DNA of 64,000 nucleotides from an uncultured Omnitrophica bacterium. Lineage in GTDB: Bacteria; Omnitrophota; Gorgyraeia; JACQQV01. The notes under the pieces are model-generated. The model was not told the origin of the DNA. It made no database searches and saw only the letters and a list, made by a program, of their open reading frames with translations. The position numbers were made by a program, and so were the translations under genes. Position 1 is the first letter of the stretch, and every line of letters starts with the position of its first letter. The stretch spans positions 3,827 through 67,826 of the forward strand of contig CAMTXH010000019.1 in NCBI GenBank assembly GCA_947085655.1. Reading direction: 5' to 3'. Below are positions 34,124 to 42,925 of the stretch, piece by piece.

Positions 34124-34262
34124 AGTAGACGCTTTATGTAACTATCTGTGATTTAATAAATTATGAATAAATTGTAGGAGTGGGAAACGTTATGGAAAGT
34201 GGGAAACATAAGGATTTATTTTTAACTCATAATTTAACAATGAGTTTCGTAAAGCGTCTACT
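34124..34262. mobile_element. AT-rich MITE-like element
   Basis: Perfect 13-bp terminal IR AGTAGACGCTTTA / TAAAGCGTCTACT (18/20 when extended); internal GTGGGAAAC occurs twice. Confidence 0.7.
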
Positions 34263-34267
34263 ACTAC

Positions 34268-37200
34268 ATGCCTAAGAGAAAAGACATTAAAAAGATTCTG
34301 ATTATCGGCTCCGGCCCGATCATCATCGGGCAGGCGTGCGAATTTGACTATTCCGGAACCCAGGCCTGTAAGGCACTCAGGGAGGAGGGGTACGAAGTCG
34401 TTCTCCTCAATTCAAACCCTGCCACCATCATGACAGACCCTGAATTTGCAGACCGGACCTACATCGAGCCGATTACCGCCTCCATGGTGGAGAAAATCAT
34501 TGCGCGGGAGCGGCCGGATGCCTTTTTGCCGACGTTGGGAGGGCAGACCGGATTGAACATCGCGGTCGAGGTGGCCGAAAAGGGGATTTTGAAGAAATAC
34601 GGTGTGGAGGTGATCGGCGCCAAAATCGAAGCGATCCGGATGGCGGAAGAGCGGGAACTTTTTAAAAATGCCATGCGCGAAATCGGGCTGGACCTCCCTA
34701 GAAGCGGCATTGCCCGGAGTGTTAAGGAAGCCGAGCGCCTTGCCTCGGAGATCGGGTTTCCGGTCGTTGTCCGTCCGAGTTTCACCCTCGGCGGAACCGG
34801 AGGGGGGGTGGCGGCTGAGTCGGAACAACTGGAAGAGATTGTCACCCGCGGACTCGATTTGAGTCTCCGGCATGAAGTGTTGGTCGAGGAGTCGGTCATC
34901 GGCTGGAAGGAATACGAGCTTGAGGTGATGCGGGATATCAAAGATAACGTGGTGATCATCTGTTCCATCGAAAACTTTGACCCGATGGGAATCCATACCG
35001 GCGACTCCGTCACCGTAGCCCCCGCCCAGACCCTGACCGACAAAGAGTACCAGCGGATGCGGAATCAAGCCATTGCGGTGATCCGGAAAATCGGTGTGGA
35101 GACCGGCGGAAGCAATATCCAGTTTGCGGTTCATCCGGAAACAGGGCGGATGGTCATCATTGAAATGAATCCGCGTGTTTCAAGAAGCTCCGCCCTCGCC
35201 TCGAAGGCAACCGGTTTTCCGATTGCAAAGATTGCGGCCAAACTCGCCGTCGGTTACACGCTGGATGAGATCCCGAATGACATTACGCAGAAGACCCCTG
35301 CCTGTTTTGAGCCGACGATTGACTACTGCGTGGTAAAAATTCCCCGCTGGGCCTTTGAGAAATTCCCCACGGCGGACCCGGTTCTCACCGTTCAGATGAA
35401 ATCGATCGGGGAGACGATGGCGATCGGCCGGACTTTTAAAGAGGCCCTTCAAAAGGGAATCCGGGGGCTTGAAATCGGCCGGTTCGGCTTAAGTCGAAGC
35501 GAGTGGCCTTCCCCGGAGATGACCGACGATGACATCCGACGCCATCTTGCCATACCAGGGCATGAGCGGCTCTTCTATCTCTCCGCTGCGTTTCATCACC
35601 ACTTTCCCATCGATGAGATTTATCAACTCACCCGGATTGACCGCTGGTTTTTAAACCAGCTCCATGAAATTTTTCTTCTGGAGCAGGAACTTCTTGCCAA
35701 GCCGGATCCGTCTCTTTTAAGAAAAGCCAAAACTTACGGCTTCAGTGATATTCAGCTTGCAAAGATGTGGGGGAAGACGGAGGAAGAAATCCGGCAAAAG
35801 CGGAAGAAAGAAAAAATCGAGTTCACCTTTAAACTGGTCGACACCTGTGCGGCGGAATTTGAGGCGTTCACGCCGTATTATTACTCCACCTATGAGGCGG
35901 AGGACGAAGTTAGGCCTTCTTCCAAAAAGAAAATCATGATTCTAGGGGGAGGCCCAAACCGAATCGGGCAAGGAATCGAGTTTGATTACTGCTGTGTTCA
36001 CGCCTCCTTTGCACTCAAAGAGGCCGGATACGAGACCATCATGGTCAATTCGAACCCCGAAACAGTCTCCACCGATTACGACACCTCCGACCGGCTTTAT
36101 TTTGAGCCGTTGACCCGGGAGGATGTCCTCAATATCGTGGATCGTGAAAAACCGGACGGGGTCATCGTTCAATTCGGCGGACAGACACCGCTGAACCTTG
36201 CCAGGCCCCTTGAGGCGGCCGGCGTTCCGATTATCGGGACAAGCCCGGATGCGATTGACCGCGCAGAAAACAGGGAACGCTTCAAGCAGCTTTTGGAAAA
36301 ACTCGGCCTTCTTCAGCCGGAAAACGGGACTGCCACAACACTCTCGCAGGCCAAGACGGAGGCGCGGAAGATCGGGTTTCCGGTCCTCCTTCGCCCCTCC
36401 TATGTTCTCGGCGGGCGGGCGATGGAGATTGTTTATGATGAGGCGACTCTTGAGCGGTATATGAAGGAGGCGATTTTCGTTTCTGGAGAAAGTCCTGTTC
36501 TGATTGACAAATTTCTTGAAGATGCCATTGAGGTGGATGTGGATGCGATTTCAGACGGGGAGATCGTTGTCATCGGCGGCATTTTGGAACATATCGAAGA
36601 GGCAGGGGTTCATTCGGGGGATGCGGCAATGGCGCTTCCTCCTTTCAGTCTCAAGGAAGCGATTCTCCAAAAGATACGACAGGATACGGTTTCGCTTGCT
36701 AGGGAACTTCGCGTTGTGGGGCTCATGAATGTTCAATTTGCGGTGAAAAGCGACACAGTCTATGTTCTTGAGGTGAATCCCCGCGCCTCCCGGACTGTTC
36801 CGTTTGTCAGTAAAGCGATCGGCGTTCCCCTTGCGAAACTGGCGGCGAGGGTGATGGTGGGGGAAAAACTGAAAACGCTCTGTTTTACCCAGGAAAGGAT
36901 TCCTCCTTATACCTCGGTCAAAGAATCGGTTTTCCCCTTTTCCCGTTTCTACGGTGTGGACATCATCCTCGGACCGGAGATGAAATCGACGGGAGAGGTG
37001 ATGGGGATTGACGACGAATTCGGCCGCTCCTATATCAAATCGCAGATTGCGGCAGGGCAGATTTTGCCGCGCTCCGGAACCGTCTTTGTCACTGTGAAGG
37101 ATAAGGACAAAAAAGCAATCCTCCCGATTGCAAAGCGGCTTGTGGAACTCGGCTATTCCCTCGTGGCGACGGAAGGGACCCATCGCGCGCTTGCCTCGGA

Positions 37201-37498
37201 GGGAATTCCGGCCCGGAAGATCCTGAAGATTAAGGACGGAAGCCCGAATGCGCTTGATCTCATGAAAAAAGGCGAAATTCAGTTGATTATCAACACCCCT
37301 ACCGGTAAGGAACCAAAGTCGGACGAGGTTATTATCCGGAGTCTTTCGGTTCAGCGGGGAGTTCCCTCCATCACAACCATCCCAGGGGCAGCTGCCTCTG
37401 TCCGGGGGATCGAAGCGTATCTCAAAGGAGAGCTGGATGTGATGAGTCTTCAAGAGCGGCATCTTTTACTGAAAGAGACGGCAAAAGAGAGCGTATGA
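34268..37498 (+). CDS. carB: Carbamoyl-phosphate synthase large subunit
   Basis: [26 protein letters not shown], duplicated ATP-grasp domains, C-terminal MGS domain. Confidence 0.98.
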   Translation: MPKRKDIKKILIIGSGPIIIGQACEFDYSGTQACKALREEGYEVVLLNSNPATIMTDPEFADRTYIEPITASMVEKIIARERPDAFLPTLGGQTGLNIAVEVAEKGILKKYGVEVIGAKIEAIRMAEERELFKNAMREIGLDLPRSGIARSVKEAERLASEIGFPVVVRPSFTLGGTGGGVAAESEQLEEIVTRGLDLSLRHEVLVEESVIGWKEYELEVMRDIKDNVVIICSIENFDPMGIHTGDSVTVAPAQTLTDKEYQRMRNQAIAVIRKIGVETGGSNIQFAVHPETGRMVIIEMNPRVSRSSALASKATGFPIAKIAAKLAVGYTLDEIPNDITQKTPACFEPTIDYCVVKIPRWAFEKFPTADPVLTVQMKSIGETMAIGRTFKEALQKGIRGLEIGRFGLSRSEWPSPEMTDDDIRRHLAIPGHERLFYLSAAFHHHFPIDEIYQLTRIDRWFLNQLHEIFLLEQELLAKPDPSLLRKAKTYGFSDIQLAKMWGKTEEEIRQKRKKEKIEFTFKLVDTCAAEFEAFTPYYYSTYEAEDEVRPSSKKKIMILGGGPNRIGQGIEFDYCCVHASFALKEAGYETIMVNSNPETVSTDYDTSDRLYFEPLTREDVLNIVDREKPDGVIVQFGGQTPLNLARPLEAAGVPIIGTSPDAIDRAENRERFKQLLEKLGLLQPENGTATTLSQAKTEARKIGFPVLLRPSYVLGGRAMEIVYDEATLERYMKEAIFVSGESPVLIDKFLEDAIEVDVDAISDGEIVVIGGILEHIEEAGVHSGDAAMALPPFSLKEAILQKIRQDTVSLARELRVVGLMNVQFAVKSDTVYVLEVNPRASRTVPFVSKAIGVPLAKLAARVMVGEKLKTLCFTQERIPPYTSVKESVFPFSRFYGVDIILGPEMKSTGEVMGIDDEFGRSYIKSQIAAGQILPRSGTVFVTVKDKDKKAILPIAKRLVELGYSLVATEGTHRALASEGIPARKILKIKDGSPNALDLMKKGEIQLIINTPTGKEPKSDEVIIRSLSVQRGVPSITTIPGAAASVRGIEAYLKGELDVMSLQERHLLLKETAKESV

Positions 37499-38316
37499 TT
37501 CATCCGATCCATCAGTTGAAGGCGAAAGTCACCGGTCAGATCAAAGTGGCGGAGGAGAGTTTTCTCCTTAGTCTCGAAGCCCCACCAATCGCTAAAATGA
37601 TCCGGCCGGGGCAGTTCATTCAGATCGGCTGCAGCGAAAAGTACGATCCGCTTCTCCCCAGACCTTTCAGCATTTACCGGGTAAGGCAGAAGCGGTATTT
37701 GGATATTTTGTATGAAGTGGTCGGGTGCGGGACCGAGGAGATGGCCAAGGCAAAAAAAGGGAATCGGCTCAATATCTTCGGCCCCCTCGGGAATACGTTC
37801 TCCTATCCAAAAAAAAGGGCGATGTCGTTTCTAGTGGGAGGCGGAGTGGGGCTTGCCCCTTTTTATGACCTGGCCGAGGCGCTCGTTGACCCGAAACGGG
37901 GAAAACAGCGCAAAGAGGATGTCAAAGTGCTCCTCGGGGCGCGGAACCGGAAACGTATTTTTTGTGAAAACGATTTTAAACGGCTTGGCACTCCCCTTGA
38001 AATCGCCACCGACGACGGCTCCTACGGTTATAAAGGATTTGTTACCCAACTTCTTGAAACGCTTTTACGCGATCACCCCCCACCCCCCACCCCCCACCCC
38101 CCACTGCATTTATATGCCTGCGGCCCCAAACCGATGCTCCGGGCGGTGGCGGAACTTGCAAAGAAACACCGCATTCCATGTGAACTGTCCATTGATGCGC
38201 ATATGCCCTGCGGTTACGGAATCTGTTTTGGGTGTGCGGTCCGGGTAAACGGCGACTATAAACTCGCCTGCACCGACGGACCGGTTTTCAAGGCGGAGGA
38301 GTTGGTATGGGAGTAG
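37495..38316 (+). CDS. pyrK: Dihydroorotate dehydrogenase electron transfer subunit
   Basis: [34 protein letters not shown]...C.DGPVF. Confidence 0.94.
   Translation: MIHPIHQLKAKVTGQIKVAEESFLLSLEAPPIAKMIRPGQFIQIGCSEKYDPLLPRPFSIYRVRQKRYLDILYEVVGCGTEEMAKAKKGNRLNIFGPLGNTFSYPKKRAMSFLVGGGVGLAPFYDLAEALVDPKRGKQRKEDVKVLLGARNRKRIFCENDFKRLGTPLEIATDDGSYGYKGFVTQLLETLLRDHPPPPTPHPPLHLYACGPKPMLRAVAELAKKHRIPCELSIDAHMPCGYGICFGCAVRVNGDYKLACTDGPVFKAEELVWE
38074..38104 (+). repeat. (CACCCCC)x4 tandem repeat inside pyrK
   Basis: Four exact 7-mers plus CAC; encodes [10 protein letters not shown]. Confidence 0.85.
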
Positions 38317-39236
38317 ATCTTTCGGTTCGGCTCGGCCCTTTGAAGCTGAAAAATCCGGTGATGCTTGCCTCCGGAACCGCCTCTTACGGAGAGGAGATCT
38401 CCCGTGTCTATCCCCTTTCCCGCTTGGGGGCGATTGTGACAAAGAGTCTGACCCTCAAACCGCGAAAAGGGAACCCTCCCTACCGGGTGATTGAAACCCC
38501 CTCCGGCATGCTGAATTCGATCGGGCTTCAGAATGTGGGGGTGGAGGCCTTCTGCCGGGAGAAACTCCCTTATTTAAGGAAGGAACGCGCAACCGTCATT
38601 GTGAATATTGCAGCAAAACGGATCGAAGATTATGCTGGACTTGCAGCCCGGCTGGACCGGGAAAAAGGGATTGCAGGGATCGAGCTGAATGTGTCGTGCC
38701 CCAACGTCAAAGAAGGGGGGCTTGAGTTTGGGACAAGCACCCGGTGCATTACGGAGGTGGTCCGGGGCGTCCGGAAAGAGACACGGCTTCCTTTGATTAC
38801 GAAACTTTCGCCGAACGTCACCGATATTGTCTCCATGGCCAAGGCGGCGATGGATGGGGGGAGTGATGCGGTCTCGCTGGTGAACACTTTTTTGGCAATG
38901 GTGGTGGACATCCGGAAGAAAAAACCGGTCCTTTCAACCGGGACGGGGGGATTGAGCGGACCGGCGATCCGGCCGGTCGCCCTCCGGATGATTTGGCAGG
39001 TCTACTCGGCGCTCAAGTGTCCGATTATCGGAATCGGCGGGATTATGAATACAGAGGATGCCCTTTCTTTTATGATGGCGGGGGCATCGGCCATTCAGGT
39101 GGGAACCGCCAATTATGTCAATCCGAAAGCGCCCCTTGAAATTCTTCAGGGGCTTGAGTCCTATGCAAAAAAGGAGAAGATCCGGCGGATCGAGACATCC
39201 GTCGGGTCCCTCCGCGCGGAGCCGTCCTATGGGTAA
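38307..39236 (+). CDS. pyrD: Dihydroorotate dehydrogenase (family 1B)
   Basis: NPVMLASGT, GMLNSIGLQN.G, NVSCPN, KLSPN, GGLSGPAIRP. Confidence 0.96.
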   Translation: MGVDLSVRLGPLKLKNPVMLASGTASYGEEISRVYPLSRLGAIVTKSLTLKPRKGNPPYRVIETPSGMLNSIGLQNVGVEAFCREKLPYLRKERATVIVNIAAKRIEDYAGLAARLDREKGIAGIELNVSCPNVKEGGLEFGTSTRCITEVVRGVRKETRLPLITKLSPNVTDIVSMAKAAMDGGSDAVSLVNTFLAMVVDIRKKKPVLSTGTGGLSGPAIRPVALRMIWQVYSALKCPIIGIGGIMNTEDALSFMMAGASAIQVGTANYVNPKAPLEILQGLESYAKKEKIRRIETSVGSLRAEPSYG

Positions 39237-39954
39237 CGTACCGTCTGATGCAAGACTGATTGTGGCGCTGGATGTCCCGAGTCTCGAAGAAGCAGAGGCC
39301 TGGGTGGATCGTCTGAAAGACCGGATCCGGTATTTCAAAGTGGGGAGCGTTCTTTTTACGGCCGCAGGGCCGAAGGTCATTGAGATGATCCGGGGGAAAG
39401 GAGGAGAGATCTTTCTCGATTTAAAGTACCACGATATTCCGAACACGGTGGCCTCCGCCTGCCGGGTGGCGGTAAATCTAGGGGTTTGGATGCTCAATGT
39501 CCATGTGGTGAGCGGAAGAAGCGTCCTCCGAAAGACGGTGGAGGCGGTAGGTGACGAGGCCTCCCGGAAGGGAATCCGGAAACCGATTCTTCTGGGTGTC
39601 ACGTTCCTCACCCATCTGGATAAAGATTCGATCAGCCATTTCGGATGGGACCTCGAAGGAGGGATGAGAGAAGAAATCATTCACCTCGCAACCCTTGCGC
39701 AAGAGGACGGGCTTGACGGCGTTGTCTGCTCGCCCCAGGAGATCCGTGCGGTCCGGGAGGCGTGCGGGAAGGATTTTGTGATTGTCAGCCCCGGTATCCG
39801 CCCTTCCGGCACCGCCCACCACGACCAGAAACGGGTCAGCCGCCCCAAGGAGGCGGTTCAGGCGGGGGCCGATTATCTTGTGATCGGCCGTCCGATTCTT
39901 GAAAGCAAGGAGCCGGTGAAAGCCGCAGAGGCGATTCTGAAGGAGATGGGATGA
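39229..39954 (+). CDS. pyrF: Orotidine-5'-phosphate decarboxylase
   Basis: LIVALD, FLDLKYHDIPNTV, PGIRP, DQKR, VIGRPI. Confidence 0.96.
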   Translation: MGNVPSDARLIVALDVPSLEEAEAWVDRLKDRIRYFKVGSVLFTAAGPKVIEMIRGKGGEIFLDLKYHDIPNTVASACRVAVNLGVWMLNVHVVSGRSVLRKTVEAVGDEASRKGIRKPILLGVTFLTHLDKDSISHFGWDLEGGMREEIIHLATLAQEDGLDGVVCSPQEIRAVREACGKDFVIVSPGIRPSGTAHHDQKRVSRPKEAVQAGADYLVIGRPILESKEPVKAAEAILKEMG

Positions 39955-40523
39955 ACGAATCGCTCCTTCCTTTATTTGAAAAGGCGGGCGCCATTCTTTC
40001 GGGCCACTTTGAACTTTCAAGCGGTCGCCACAGCCGTCAATATCTTCAATGCGCCCTTTTGCTGCAGGATCCGAAGCAAGCCGAACGGGTCTGCAAGATG
40101 CTGGCGGACCGGTTCCGCTCGGAAAAAATCGACCTTGTCATCGGTCCCGCCCTCGGAGGGATTCTTGTTTCGTATGAGGTTGCAAGAGCGCTCGGGGTTC
40201 GGTCTGTTTTTGCCGAACGGGAAGAAGGAATGTTGCGTCTGCGCCGGAATTTTGACATTCAAAAAGGGGAACGGGTCTTGGTTGTGGAAGATGTGGTGAC
40301 GACGGGAAGATCCACAAACGAGGTGATTTCGCTTGTCCGCTCGAAAGGAGGTCATGTGATCGGCGTGGGGGCTTTGGTGGACCGGAGCGGAGGGGTCGAT
40401 TTCAAAGCGCCGTTTATGTCGCTTCTTTCTCTTCGGATAGAAAGTTTCCCAAAAGAGGCGTGTCCTCTTTGCAAAAAGGGCGTTCCCGTAGCGAAACCGG
40501 GAAGCCGCCGTCTTAAACGATGA
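39951..40523 (+). CDS. pyrE: Orotate phosphoribosyltransferase
   Basis: GHF.LSSGRHS..Y.QC, VVEDVVTTG.S, KPGSR. Confidence 0.95.
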   Translation: MNESLLPLFEKAGAILSGHFELSSGRHSRQYLQCALLLQDPKQAERVCKMLADRFRSEKIDLVIGPALGGILVSYEVARALGVRSVFAEREEGMLRLRRNFDIQKGERVLVVEDVVTTGRSTNEVISLVRSKGGHVIGVGALVDRSGGVDFKAPFMSLLSLRIESFPKEACPLCKKGVPVAKPGSRRLKR

Positions 40524-40795
40524 GAATTCTTCTCGGCGTTTTATTCGGGGCAGGGGTCTCCTGGCTCAATTTTTTCATCCTGAAAAAATGGATGCTTCGC
40601 TTCGGCGGTTTTCAGAAGTCGAGCCCCTTTTTTTATCTTGTCTTTTTCTCCCGGTATCTTATTCTCTTTTTCGGAATCTTTATCATTGTCCAAAACCGCT
40701 GGGTCGACCGCTGGGCAGGACTCACCGGACTTTTCGCGACGTACGTTGGACTTCTGGCCCACGAGTTTGTTAAACTGAAGAGGTCGGGCGATTAG
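40520..40795 (+). CDS. Small membrane protein (AtpI-like, tentative)
   Basis: Three hydrophobic segments; G...G...SWLNF and 'RY' patterns; ATGA overlap with pyrE. Confidence 0.6.
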   Translation: MRILLGVLFGAGVSWLNFFILKKWMLRFGGFQKSSPFFYLVFFSRYLILFFGIFIIVQNRWVDRWAGLTGLFATYVGLLAHEFVKLKRSGD

Positions 40796-40859
40796 CTCAG
40801 CTGGTCAGAGCGTCTGATTTACATTCAGAAGGCCCGAGGTTCGAGCCCTCGATCGCCCA
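40786..40859 (+). tRNA. tRNA-Val(TAC)
   Basis: GGGCGAT/ATCGCCC stem, TCTGA-TTTACAT-TCAGA anticodon arm, GGTTCGAGCCC. Confidence 0.95.
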
Positions 40860-40902
40860 TGTTCTTTTATCGTTTCATGCTATAATGAAGGCGGTCAATC
40901 CC

Positions 40903-40981
40903 GGTCCCGTGGTGTAGCCCGGTCTAACACGTCAGATTGTCAATCTGAAGATCGCGAGTTCAAATCTCGTCGGGACCGCCA
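40903..40981 (+). tRNA. tRNA-Asp(GTC)
   Basis: GGTCCCG/CGGGACC stem, TCAGA-TTGTCAA-TCTGA anticodon arm, G73 + CCA; extended -10 TGCTATAAT at 40878-40886. Confidence 0.95.
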
Positions 40982-41046
40982 CCCTTCGACCCTTCGACAA
41001 GCTCAGGGTGGCGATCCTGAGCAAGGCCGAAGGCCGCGTCGAAGGA
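40982..41046. repeat. REP-like palindrome (CCCTTCGAC...GCTCAGG / CCTGAGC...GTCGAAGG)
   Basis: Nested inverted repeats immediately 3' of tRNA-Asp. Confidence 0.7.
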
Positions 41047-41067
41047 CGCCATTTTGAAGGAGCAGGA

Positions 41068-42045
41068 ATGTTTTCCTTAAAATTCAGAATGACTATTTTG
41101 CTTGCAGTTCTTTTCGCGATTGTTTATGCGATCGTCACGATTGTGGGAACTGCCCTGGGGGTCGTCAATTTTTACTTTTATCTGGCGATCTCTTTGGGGA
41201 TGCTTTTCCTCCAATACCTGATCGGGCCGAAGATGGTGGAGTGGTCGATGCGGGTCCGTTATGTGACCGAAGGGGAGTCGCCGGGGCTTCACCGGATGGT
41301 GGAGGAGCTTGCACGAAGGGCCGGAATCCCGAAGCCGAAGGTTGGGATTTCGACTCTACCGATTCCGAACGCCTTTGCATTCGGGCGGGGGCGCGCCGAT
41401 GGAAGGATCTGTGTGACGGAAGGGATCCTTCGACTTCTGGATGAAAATGAGATGAAGGCGGTCCTTGGCCATGAAGTGAGCCACCTTAAAAACCGCGATG
41501 TCCTGACCATTACCCTTTTATCGGTGATTCCGATGGTCTTGTACCGGATTTACTGGCACACCCTTTTCTTCGGCGGCCGCGACCGGGGGAAAAACAGCGG
41601 GGCAGTCGCCCTGATTGGGCTTGGGGCCTTTGTCTTCTACTTCATTACAAATCTCCTCGTCCTTTATGCCTCCCGGCTTCGTGAGCTTTTTGCAGACAAA
41701 GGTTCCATCGCATTGGGGAATCGCCCTGAATGGCTTGCCTCGGGGCTTTATAAATTGGTCTATGGGTCCGCAAAGGCCGATAAGGAACGTTTGAGAGAAG
41801 CAGAGGGACTCAAGGCCTTTTTCCTGAACGACCCTTCCCGGGCCCTCCGTGAAATTCAAGAACTGAACCAATTGGACTTGAACCAAAGCGGCACCATTGA
41901 TGCGGATGAACTCCTTGCCATCCGGGCAAAAAGTGTGCGGCTTGGCTTTGCGGACAAACTCCTTGAAGTCTTGAGCACCCATCCCAATATGCTCAAGCGG
42001 GTCAAGGAACTCTCCCAATATTCCCAACATGGCCTCTACGGCTGA
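41068..42045 (+). CDS. htpX: Zinc metalloprotease HtpX (M48) with EF-hand-like insert
   Basis: PNAFAFG, VTEG, AVLGHEVSH, SRLRE..AD, STHP...RV; start set at ATG 41068. Confidence 0.92.
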   Translation: MFSLKFRMTILLAVLFAIVYAIVTIVGTALGVVNFYFYLAISLGMLFLQYLIGPKMVEWSMRVRYVTEGESPGLHRMVEELARRAGIPKPKVGISTLPIPNAFAFGRGRADGRICVTEGILRLLDENEMKAVLGHEVSHLKNRDVLTITLLSVIPMVLYRIYWHTLFFGGRDRGKNSGAVALIGLGAFVFYFITNLLVLYASRLRELFADKGSIALGNRPEWLASGLYKLVYGSAKADKERLREAEGLKAFFLNDPSRALREIQELNQLDLNQSGTIDADELLAIRAKSVRLGFADKLLEVLSTHPNMLKRVKELSQYSQHGLYG

Positions 42046-42676
42046 ATCCTGCTGGTCCTGCCAGAAAAATCCCGGGCAAGGCCACTTCTGCCAACATTGT
42101 CATAAGATTCAACACGTTGAAAAAGAGGACCATTTTGCCTTTATGGGATTTCCCCACCGGATGAATTTGGATGTCGAGGCGCTCAAGAAAACTTTCTACG
42201 ATTTAAGCCGGAAACTCCACCCCGATTTTTTCCATGGGAAGAGTTTCAAAGAAAAGGTGCTGAGCGTTGAGCAAACCACCCTTTTAAACAAGGCCTACAA
42301 CACCCTGAAAGACCCGATTGCCCGGGCAGAGTATCTTTTGGACCTTGAGGTTCCTATTTCAGAGAAAGAGAGAACGAAGGTGGACCCCGTACTTGTCTCT
42401 GAAATTTTTGAAATCCAGGAAATGGTGGAAGAAGAAAAGGGATCCGGGAATCCCGCATTAAAAACCAAACTTCAGCAGTCCAAAAAGGAAGTGGAAGAAA
42501 AAATCAAGGCCCGGCGGAAGGTCCTTGAAGGGCATTTCAAAGAGTGGGATGTGCTTGAAAAAGATCCTGCCCACAAAAAAGACCTTGCCAGAACCATCCG
42601 GAAGGCCATCGACGAAATCGCCTACCTTAAAAACCTGATTCAATCCATCGAAACCGGCGGCCAAATCCGCCACTAA
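42029..42676 (+). CDS. hscB: Fe-S co-chaperone HscB-like J-protein
   Basis: CWSC...CQHC knuckle, LHPD, LNKAYNTLKDP..RAEYLL. Confidence 0.88.
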   Translation: MASTAESCWSCQKNPGQGHFCQHCHKIQHVEKEDHFAFMGFPHRMNLDVEALKKTFYDLSRKLHPDFFHGKSFKEKVLSVEQTTLLNKAYNTLKDPIARAEYLLDLEVPISEKERTKVDPVLVSEIFEIQEMVEEEKGSGNPALKTKLQQSKKEVEEKIKARRKVLEGHFKEWDVLEKDPAHKKDLARTIRKAIDEIAYLKNLIQSIETGGQIRH

Positions 42677-42680
42677 CCAT

Positions 42681-42783
42681 CAGGGACGTTTCTACACTTG
42701 GCCCCGACCTGTCCCTTTTGTTTAAAAACGAAGACAGGGGACACATTGGGGCCAGATTAGGGCCAGAACTAGAAACGTCCCTG
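42681..42783. mobile_element. MITE/REP-like element, copy 2
   Basis: Perfect 14-bp terminal IR CAGGGACGTTTCTA / TAGAAACGTCCCTG; shares its right end with 27679-27816. Confidence 0.75.
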
Positions 42784-42816
42784 GTGTTAGGGGACGCAAT
42801 AGGTAGATTTTAACTC

Positions 42817-42845
42817 TTGACAGGGATAAGGGGGGATGGTATACT
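42817..42845 (+). promoter_or_regulatory. sigma70-type promoter
   Basis: TTGACA-17 nt-TATACT with extended -10 TG. Confidence 0.75.
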
Positions 42846-42925
42846 TTGTTCCATCTCGGAACATGAACATCCCTTTTTTTGTGCAACATAACTTAAGACT
42901 TTTAAAAGAGATAAGGAGGATTAAA

